A model generated the notes under the pieces. That model saw only the letters and a list, made by a program, of their open reading frames with translations, had not been told where the DNA came from and made no database searches. 64,000 nt of DNA. Source: Octopus vulgaris (Eukaryota). Where the stretch lies: positions 58,156,001 through 58,220,000 of the forward strand of contig OX597819.1 of the NCBI GenBank assembly GCA_951406725.2, given 5' to 3'. Position 1 is the first letter of the stretch. Each line of letters begins with the position of its first letter. Position numbers and translations under genes: made by a program. This document shows positions 53,044 to 64,000 of this stretch, piece by piece.

Positions 53044-53521
<478 letters not shown>

Positions 53522-53879
53522 ATAGTCCAAATATATTGAAGAACTAATGCAATTTTTTCTTATATAACTCAAGTTTTCTGTTAGATGGATTTTTGATGAT
53601 AAACAGTGCTTCATCCCCTTACACCCATCCCCTATTTCTGGAAATTCATTATTGAACTTATGTAAAATGTATCTATGCATGTATGTATGTACGTATATGT
53701 ATATGCATATTCACACACACGCACGCACACACATATGTATGTATTTATATATATTGTAAGTATGTATGTATTCATGATTTAATTAGAAGAGAAAGAGCAA
53801 CACCCCATAACATTTTTCATGGCCTCCGAGACTGTTGAGACGAGGAGAGGAAGCTATACACAGACCAGTTCCCAGGGTT

Positions 53880-54132
53880 CGAGTAACCCTTAAATGCAAC
53901 TATATCGAATCCTAGAGCTAATAGGGTCGTTTACAAGTTTTCATAACGTATAAGAGACAGAGATCACAACATTTCTTCATCGCACGGTTAGTCGTTTACC
54001 GCTGAGTTAAATGGAATATCGTGAAATTAAGTGTTTTACACAAGAACAAAGCGCATCGCCCGGTCCTCCATTTGAAACCACGTTCTTGCAATCTTGAGTA
54101 ATATACCCCAACCACTAAGCCCACCTGCCTCC
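53880..54132 (-). mobile_element. Degenerate CORE-like SINE
   Basis: Minus-strand tRNA-like head followed by tgttcttgtgtaaaacacttaa. Confidence 0.5.
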
Positions 54133-54929
54133 ATTCAAGTTTCAAGAGGAGCTGTTAAACTGAGCGACGTATTAAGTCTTCTTCCTCCAGTAATAAGAGC
54201 AGTTCCTGGTGGGTTTCACACAGCTTTCATCTATTGTAAGACTTTAGTTGATCCGAGATTACTAAAGAAAGATTACTCTTGATACCGCGCCATGCGATCA
54301 ATGTCGAAATCACTTAGTTTCGAAACAAACTTCACAACCAACTGTTAAGAAGATACGCCTGCGCCTACACAAGTTTCTTTCATCCATATCTATTAATCCG
54401 AGACCTTGTGCCTATATAAAACATCACTGTAATCTGAAGGCAAAAAGCCAACAATGGAAATAAGTGATAATATTCGATTCAATCGATCACTACTGCTGCA
54501 TATTTCATCGACCCTGGAGAGTTGAAAGTTAAATCAAGCCAAGTTCAGTACAATTTTAACATGAAATGATATGAAACTCCCGCACGTCGCCATTATTACC
54601 ACTTCCCACCAATCTTCAAAATCATTATTATTGCAATAGAAATCACTATTTTCTCTCTCTCTTTGGTGATTATTTAAAAGCAAAGTTATAAAGCAACTCC
54701 GTTAGCACTAACCTGATAAATAGTAAAATCTTTTAAAGTTTCAATACATTATTCTACTGTTTTCGTTGTGTTTCACCACAATTTCCTCCGTAAATTAAAT
54801 CACAACATAAATTGTTTCCTTCCGTAATGAGATTTCAGCTTTCGAGAATGGATCTTGGCATCTATTTAGCGATAGTTGTGCCAACAGTTATTAGCACTGC
54901 TCTAAGTACGATAACAGTGATAAAACGAT

Positions 54930-54963
<34 letters not shown>

Positions 54964-55357
54964 CACATACATACACACACACAAATGCACACACACGCAT
55001 ACACACTCACTCACACTCACACATACATACATACACTGAGAAAAACAGTATACAGAGAGGTAATATATATTATTTATATACATAAATGTGTGTGTGTGCA
55101 TCTATATGTGTGTGTGTACGCATGTATGTATATATGTACACACACACACAGAGAAAGATGCACAGACAGACCGACAGATAGACAAACAGATAGATAGATA
55201 GACTATACTCACTTGTGTATGTATGCGTTGTGTATATGTACTTTCGCATGTATATATGTACGTATGTCTCTATGTATATATTTATGTACGCATGTATGTG
55301 TGTATGTATTGATGGATGTATGAATGAACGTGTGAGTGTATCTGTGTGTGCATCTGC

Positions 55358-55401
<44 letters not shown>

Positions 55402-55736
55402 ACATAGTAAGTGGTAAGTTGATAATATAAAGCTGACGGTAACGTTGTGTTGAACTGAATCTTCGATATGGTTTCCTTTCACATTCGTATCATTCTTTTT
55501 AGCTTTTAACACTTTATACTATTTAAAAGCCTTAAAAGAGTCACTAATGCCATGCTTTGATTCGCTACTTCTGTAAAAATCTTGGTTTAATGTCTATCTG
55601 AGGAAGGTAAGACGGATCTACTTGATTACATCCACTCGCAAACGAGAAGCTATAACAATGTTATAACAAACGGTAATGATTTAAAATACAAATATATTCG
55701 TCTGGTATAGAGTGGAAATAAACTTTTCTCTATATT

Positions 55737-56135
55737 CTTTTCTATTCTAGGCACATGGCCCGAAATTTTTGGAGAGAAGGGGCCAGTCGATTCGATCGAC
55801 CCCAGCACGCAACTGGTACTTAATTTATCAACTCCGAAAGGATGAAAGGCAAAGTAGACCTTGGCGGAATTTGAATTCAGAACGTAAATACAAACGAAAT
55901 ACCTATTTCTTTACTACCCACAAGGAGCTAAACACAGAGAGGACAAACAAGGACAGACACACGGATTAAGTCGATTATATCGACCCCAGTGCGTAACTGG
56001 TACTTATTTAATCGACCCTGAAAGGATGAAAGGCAAAGTCGACCTCGGCGGAATTTGAACTCAGAACGTAACGGCAGACGAAATAACGCTAAGCAATTCG
56101 CCCGACCTGCTAACGTTTCTGCCAGCTCACCGCCT
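55737..56135 (-). mobile_element. Dimeric SINE family C with perfect 18-bp TSD
   Basis: TSD taaacttttctctatatt at 55719-55736 and 56136-56153. Confidence 0.92.
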
Positions 56136-56169
56136 TAAACTTTTCTCTATATTGTCTTCATTTGCCTTC

Positions 56170-56550
56170 TCAACCACAGAGTTCCAAGTTCGGTCCCACT
56201 GCGTGATAATGTGAGCAGGTGTCTTCTACGATACTGTAGCCTCGGGCCGGCCAAATCCTTGTGAGTGGATTTGGTATACGGAAATTCAAAAATATCAGTG
56301 TACATTTACCGAGGGCAGGCTGAAAAGTTCCTGGCTTTAAGGGTATCGCGGAAGGCCTGGTTGGAGCCCCGAACGTTCCGAGTTCTTTTACAGGGCTTAG
56401 AAAAAAACTGAAGGACCACTGCAATAAGTGTGTGAATCTGAGAAGGGAATATTTTGAATAAAATGATAATTAACTGATCCTCCTTTATTTTCTTTTACCC
56501 TAGGCCAAGAGCTATTCAGCATCCCCTTGTATGTGTGTGTGTTTGTGTGT

Positions 56551-56592
<42 letters not shown>

Positions 56593-56680
56593 ATACCCGT
56601 GTCTTTGCTCTTGTGTTTGTCTCCCACTACTGCTTGACAACCGATATTGTTTTGTTTGCGTCCCATATAGCTTAGCGGCT
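56170..56680 (+). mobile_element. SINE family A interrupted by a mariner MITE
   Basis: 5' part at 56170-56293, 3' part resumes after 56531. Confidence 0.75.
56309..56529 (+). mobile_element. Mariner-derived MITE
   Basis: TIRs cgagggcaggctgaaaagttcctggc / gccaagagctattcagcatccccttg, TA flanks, transposase C-terminal remnant LKDHCNKCVNLRREYFE*. Confidence 0.75.
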
Positions 56681-57004
56681 AATTTTCAGTAACTGGATAT
56701 CTCACTTAAAGAACTAAGCGTATACTGCCTAGATTCATGTGCATCTTACTACCACTCATAAAGACAGACATACACACACGCGCACACACACACACATACA
56801 CACACACACATACACACAGACATGCACACACATACACACACACAAATACACACGCACATACACATGATGGTGGTGATGATAGTGATGGTTGTGGTGGTGA
56901 TGATGGTGCTGGTGGTCTCCGATAATCTTAGAAAGTCGGTTGTGAAATTTCTTACTGAACATCCAACACATAATGATTTGCTTATATTGATCAAAGATTT
57001 GTGT

Positions 57005-57218
57005 GATACATTCGCTCACCTCCCTCCATCAAATCGATGCTGGCTGCACAGGTTGCACATTGTACCAAACGTCAGGTGTCGAAGTAATGGCAAAGGAACG
57101 TGAGATAATTTGTTTTACAGAAGAACAGAAGAACACAACGCACTCCTCGATCCAGAAATTGAAACCGCAATCACGCGATCGTGGGTGCAACCTTCTGACC
57201 ACTAATCCATGTGCCCTC
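57005..57218 (-). mobile_element. SINE family B2 (degenerate)
   Basis: Similar to 5700-5920. Confidence 0.6.
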
Positions 57219-57324
57219 GACACATACATACACACATACATACATGCATACATACATACATACATACATACATACATACATACATACATACATACATACA
57301 TACATACATACATACATACATAAA

Positions 57325-57890
57325 CACATATCACCCACATCATAAGCAGTTGTCCGAAAATGTCATCACGGTATTATAAGACATGATGTTGTACCTGGGA
57401 CACTCTATAATGAAATTCGTCGGAAGGATGACCCTGAAGACAAGGAAACAAGAACCTACAGTATGGTAGAAGCCATAACCAATCAAAATTATAAAGGACT
57501 GCTAGTGGAATGTACCAGTGAAGACCTCAATAAAATGCAAGCACAACAGACATGTTATAATGATTGGGGATGGAGAAGAGAAATTGTGTACAGTTGTGGA
57601 AATTAGCTGCTCAGTAGATGTTAACATAAAGCTGAAGATCAGTGAAAAAGAGAACATCCCGTTGAACTATTGAGAAATCTACAGTTACTCTATCCAGATC
57701 ACAAGTTCAGGTTTATACCTGTAATTATTGGGGCGCTGGAATATGTAACACACTGCCTAAATACCAATCTTGAGAAATTAGGCTTCTGAAAACCAGAAAG
57801 GAGAAAGCTAATTCGAAGACTACAGATCCAATCCATCACTGAAACTGTAAAAATCTGTAAAACACTTTCCAGAAGTTTGCCATTTAATAT
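57325..57890 (+). mobile_element. Dong/R4-type RLE domain fragment (family D)
   Basis: HIISSCPKMS, RHDVV, WNVPVKTSIKCKHNR, VVEISC, IPVIIGAL. Confidence 0.75.
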
Positions 57891-58985
57891 ATATGAGCAT
57901 TCTAGATATACAATTATATGCATGAGAATACATGCAAAACATGCAAATATATACACATCTACACATATATATATACATATGTGACGACTGACATGCGTGT
58001 ATGTATGTATGTATGTATGTATGTGTCTATCTTATACGTATGTGAGGGTTGGCCAGTGTCAATACGAAATTTTATTTTCATTTCGATTAAAACAATATAA
58101 CATTTCATAGAGATAATCTTTCTATTGTCAACAGGATATTTTATACCACAACAACGACACCACATTTTGTATATGACTGTGTATCTGTCTGTGAGTGTAT
58201 ATGTGTAAGTGTATGAGTGTGTATATGCCTCATAAAGTGCGTGTTTTTCCGTGTTAGGTACGTTATTGAACATACACACACATCTACACATAGATATATA
58301 TATCTATATATTAAAAATACCAACAAACCCGAAGACTGCACCAACAAAGCAGTTTCCTGCCTGGCCTTCAGTATCAAAGCATATTCTCCAATTACTCCCA
58401 CCAACCACGCGGTAAGCCATTATGCCATAGTTTTTCAAGTAATTCATTACTACATATTCTCATGTGACTGCATAGGCTCATTTTATGTTTCTTATTCTAC
58501 AGCCACACTAGTAATCCAATGTCAACCCTTCACCTTGTGCAACATTTCGACGGTTCACTTCCTGGTTGTCGTCTCCCATTGCAACCCATTTCCGGAATGT
58601 ACCCATTTACGTACAATATCTCCATTACTCTTCTATTCATTTAACTGGCAACCATACGATGGGTCGTGTTAGACGCAGCGCGACCGCCTCAAGGCGACTA
58701 CATCCACTGACAGCTTTTCGGTGGCTTCAAAAACTACATACCCTGCCCCACCCAATTTTCAATGACAGATTAGGGCCTGGAATCCTCCAAACGGACGTAT
58801 TACATGTCGTTTAGTCGAATTAGACCATCATTTACCTCACAAGTGTTTTGTCGTCAATGCTGCTCTTTCCCGTATCACTTATTTCAACATAACTGTAATA
58901 CATACATACATACATATATATACATACATACATATATATACAAACTATACCATTTTAATCCCGAACAACACCGAGTATCTCTACT

Positions 58986-59260
<275 letters not shown>

Positions 59261-59685
59261 AAGATACATACGTATGATATGCTCTATAGATAAATATATA
59301 AATGTACAAGCGTACGTACATACGTAACAACAAATATGTGTGAGTGTGTGTGGCTGTGTATGTGTGTAGCTTTATGTTGACATATGTTCTATTTGTTTTG
59401 CATGATTTATCATATTAAAATTATGAAATGAAACCGATTTGTTGTACTTACAGAAAGGTCATTCCGATAATAAAATGTTTCTGAATGGGAAATCATTCAA
59501 AAAGACTCAGTAGCATGACGGACAGTTTCTGGCGAATTAATCAATAATTAATTTATTGATTAATAGATTACTTAACAATAAAACCTATAGTGTATTTCAA
59601 CCAGTGCGCCTTTGTTTCTGGACTGAATGACTTTCCGAAAGTACAATAACATATGTATGTGTGTATGTGTGTGTGTGTATGTATA

Positions 59686-59721
<36 letters not shown>

Positions 59722-59916
59722 TGTATGTATGTATGTATGTATGTATGTATGTATGTATGTATGTATATATGTATGCATGTGTGTGGGGGACAAACAGATC
59801 TACAGTCACAAATACATGCACATATATATGTGTGTGTGTGTGAATACATATATACATGCACATGTATGTATATATATATATGCATATATGTATATATATG
59901 TCTGTATATGTATGTG

Positions 59917-59968
<52 letters not shown>

Positions 59969-60034
59969 GATTTAGTACATATATATATAAAGCATATTTT
60001 TGTGTATGTGTGTATATATGTTATTGTGTATATT

Positions 60035-60077
<43 letters not shown>

Positions 60078-60156
60078 TTCAAAATGAAATCACATGTGGA
60101 TCGATGGGGATTTTTTGCCCCGTCTTCCTTTTTTCTTGGACTATCCTCCGTCTCCT

Positions 60157-60191
60157 GTTTCTGACGAAGAGCTTTGCTCGAAACGTAAAAC
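60157..60191 (+). ncRNA. Minimal type I hammerhead motif with intact core
   Basis: gttt-CTGACGA-A-gagc-ttt-gctc-GAAA-CG-TA-aaac; within a (TA)n-flanked element (about 60075-60310) related to 49918-50112. Confidence 0.75.
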
Positions 60192-60305
60192 CACCTTTCT
60201 TTGCTTCCCTGAGCTTCTGCTAATATTTTGCACGTACCACGTCCTCGCGTTGTTGTTTTAACTTGTTTTGTTTGCTCTTCATTTTGTTTTTTTGGTGGAT
60301 GGATT

Positions 60306-60376
<71 letters not shown>

Positions 60377-63160
60377 TATTTGCACTTTGGATATATGTCT
60401 ATTGGTATGTCACTAAAGCACATTCGTACTAAATTCCTCTTCCGTTTCTTTCATCAATTTTATATATATACATACACACATATATATATATATAATACAT
60501 ACATACATGTGCGTATGTGTCTATAGATGTGTGTATATATAGTCATTTGTGCATGTGAAAGCATGGACGAGAGGAATAGTAAATAAGGAGAGTGTATGGG
60601 TATGTATATGGCTGAGATATTAAAAAAGAGTGAATGAGAGTGGGAGGGAGAGAGAGAGAGAGAGAGAAGAGGGGGAGGAGGAAGAGGAGGAGGTGGGGGG
60701 AGAAAGAAGAGGAGGATGCAGGGATAAATTTGTTTTTCAGTTTCTGTTTGTACGGACATATGGCGTCAGCACATATTCAATACATATGCGTGTGTATGTA
60801 CGCGCGCCCGTGCGTTTGTGTGTGTGTGTGCGAGTGCGTGTACGTATTAAAATGAACAAAACAAAAATTACACTGACATAATCAATAAGTGTACTAAATC
60901 AATGGATATAAATTTACACAGATAATGCAGAGCTAGTTGTTGAATTAAGACAGATTGAATCCACATGCCTCTGTTACACGCCACACGACACACGCCATCT
61001 ACCGACGGAAACGCATGCAAACTAAACACCTCTCTGTTTAAAAATCAATAGTTCTTTCCCTCTACCACTTCACCTTGTCTCTCATACTTATCCTCTTTTG
61101 CCTGCAGAGTAATATGCACACACACACACACACACAGACACACACACACATACAGACACAGAGAAAGCGAGAGGGATACAGAGAAAGGGGGAGAGAGGGA
61201 GAGAGGGAGGGAGATGCAAGTCAAAATGTAGCGGTCGTGATCCCAACAGTCTAAACACTATTAAGCTACTTGAATCAATAGGAAATGTTTTAAGCGTTAT
61301 ATTATACGTGTATATATGTGTATATGTGTGTATATATATATATACATGTACACATACTCACACACACACATGCACACACACACACTCTTACACACATATA
61401 TGTATGTGCATGTGATCCTATGGACAGTTGAATTATATACATGTGTGTGTGTGTGTGTGTGTGTATGTGTGTGTATGTGTACTTTTATGTAGTCGAGTAG
61501 TATATTATTTATGGCATATAACCGGTTACAAAGTTACCATTGCTTTCGCGTCTACTATCGCACTTGGCAATACGGGTGAACCATCAGACATACAGGGCAG
61601 AATCGCATAGTCTCTTTGGATAAGTATACTGTCATGGTCAGTTTAGTGACCAAACGAAAAAAAGAACCGTTTCTGAGAGGGAAAGAAGAATTGCTTTCCC
61701 TTTTAAGATTCCAGCCGTAGCCCAATGGAGCAGCTGTACCAGTGTACGTTTATTTTTAGGGTAGGGTTCCGTTCTGTAGTCCACAAACAGTGAAGACCAT
61801 GTTTCCAAACGAATTTTCTACCATGAGGGCAGCGGCTAAAACTTTCACTTTTTGAATTCAATAAGGATTCCATACCGAGCGAAATTTTAGGATCATTGTC
61901 CTCTCGACTAGACAAAGTTTGCAACGTTTGTTTCCGTTGAGGTGTGGTCCATTTTATTTCAGCAGCTTCCAATTAAGTTTTGTATGGCGTTTCCACCTCT
62001 TTAATCGCCATATACAGCTTACTAAAGTTGTAACTTTGCGCTTCTCTGGAATCCTCAATCAGGACTTGTGGTTATTTATCCTGGGTTTTAAATTGGCCAG
62101 TGTTGCATCGACCATTTACTGGACAGTCACTGCTTGCCCAACAGGAGTATCCTGCTTCTACACGGGTTTTGCGTACGATCACTAACATCTTTTTCTACAC
62201 AAGGTGCACAGCTAAACGAGACGCTTAAGTTATGTCTACTGAATACTCTCTTATATCTATAGAATTGTGTGAAATGCTTATCTGCTAATTAAAGAAAGAC
62301 TCTGCCTACGCAGGTAGTAACGTTGAGCAAGAAAGTGAGGAAAAACAGGACTTTGTGGTAGCACTTTCTTTTGTGAGTATTAAATCCCAGCATATAGGCG
62401 ATAAAGTCCTTCAACCTGCTAGCTGCCAGAGCGTTGCTGTGATAGGGGACCACTGCATCAAAAATGTCTTTATTTGAGGATAAGTTTGAAGTCTTCTTAC
62501 CTTCACAAGATTTTTAGACACTATAGGAGAGTGGCAAAATGATGTGTTGATATACGACAGCCTTTCATTATGTTTTCTGTCGGGCCTGTATGAACCAGCG
62601 TCTAAATCGTGTGTAACTTCTAAAAAAATTAATTATAGTATAATTGGTCTTAGTGGTACCCTTACGATCGAGTAAATTAAGCATGTGAATCAGGTCCTTC
62701 CTAATTCTGTGCATGGTGTACTCGTTTTCACTTCCAGATACAGCTGAAGCGTCAGCGCTATATATAGACCAAAATGAACTGACGGAAACTCTTTCTTAAA
62801 GTATAAAGTATGTATAATCCTGTAAGGTCGCAGATGTCTCCGTTGTAGAATATGCCCAGCTGTCTCCGTTGTAGAATATGCTATCCTGGTTCAGTTGTTT
62901 GACCCAAGCCGAACAATTGCCGAACAACAGTGGGTTTTTTGGGGCGTGTTTTATTACCTATATATCTTTTTCTTTAATGTCTGTAAATTCCATAGCGAAA
63001 ATAGAAACCTTTTTGATAAAGACAGATAAATATCCGTTGTATATATGTATTTTTCTAATCACTTTCATTTTACGTTATATACCCACTGACATTTATAGCC
63101 GGTCATAACCAAGATACAGAAGGTAAGAACAATATGCCTAGGCCATCTCAGTATATCTAG

Positions 63161-64000
63161 CCCCTTGACGCCGGTATTACCCGAAGCATGTGAAACACTG
63201 CTCCGGGTTTTTTTTTTATCTAATGAGGCCACACAAACACACAAGTGCCAACGAGCTCGCGTCTATTTACGTTCACCGTTGCAATAACATAGCGTCGTAC
63301 ATTTACGACTACCGGTTTATGAAAACGAACTATGTGAAGCTATTTATCATAATATGATATGCACGAGTTATTCTGCTCAAGTTCAAAAAGTAGCTTGCAT
63401 GTGGTACAACTCAAAACACGGTATTATGCGAAGAGACACATCCCAGTCCGGACAACGATATCTGGTTTCGCGCCTACGGTGGTGTGAGGTGCATGCAACA
63501 CATTTCCTTGCCGGATTCTGCTTTTTTCGGTTGGCGGTATGAAGCGCGGGAAATGTCCACGTCGGTTCAGAAGCCGGTTTGGAGTCAGTCGGGCGTGAGG
63601 ACATCCACGCGTTCGGTGGTTGGGCAGCTGGTAAACTTCGATAATTTCATTTATCAAAGCCTCGCGAAATGCGAGTCCAGTTGTTTCGCCACCCAGCATT
63701 CGCCAGATCAGATGTGTGTTCATGAGTGCCATATCCGCAATGTACAAAAATACTTTTTGTACCATTTTCCGAATCTTCGTGATATTTGTGCGTGGTAGCC
63801 AGCTAATCGGATCTATCCACCCCACACATTGCTCTGTTGTAGTCCTGTACAACATCGGGTTTTATGATGGGAGTCCCCTGCACGATTCCGTTTGCCAGTT
63901 TCAGACATTGCAGCAGAGTACATCGTACTCAGCATGGTCACGTACTTTCTGTCTCGCCAGGCCAACGCCAGGAGACCACTGTCCGTCGAACGGTATGCAA
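63161..64000 (-). mobile_element. piggyBac transposon 3' part (degenerate transposase), continues beyond the window
   Basis: LAWRDRKYVTMLST, KPDVVQDYNRAMCGVDRSD, FREALI, Cys-rich tail RKCVAC..ETRYRCPD..PCFELYH; terminus cccctt at 63161. Confidence 0.88.

Noticed and set aside
61700-62800. Possible decayed retroelement coding sequence
   Set aside because: Higher GC and coding-like texture, but no motif I can assign reliably

Overview
Eukaryotic, AT-rich, repeat-saturated genomic DNA. The tRNA-derived SINE families, Dong/R4-type LINEs and extreme microsatellite load look like an octopus (coleoid cephalopod) genome; this is an inference. I cannot call any intact host gene with confidence, and almost all listed ORFs are microsatellite artefacts. 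The real coding remnants are all transposons: a frameshifted Penelope-like element (PLE; RT + GIY-YIG) with inverted terminal repeats (15472-18850), a second decayed PLE (51300-53040), a full-length but frameshifted Dong/R4 RLE-LINE (25863-30029) with several truncated relatives in (TAA)n tracts, an L1/Tx1-like remnant and a piggyBac 3' end. The most interesting layer is RNA-level. I can fold at least five distinct type I hammerhead ribozyme motifs by eye (one is present twice). One lies in a non-coding, highly structured 365-bp tandem unit with an 82-bp perfect fold-back, next to the PLE, inside a (TA)n tract filled with PLE-like insertions. This suggests two parallel microsatellite-targeted retroelement communities: PLE/hammerhead elements in (TA)n and Dong elements in (TAA)n. 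Coordinates were counted by hand and may be off by a few bases.
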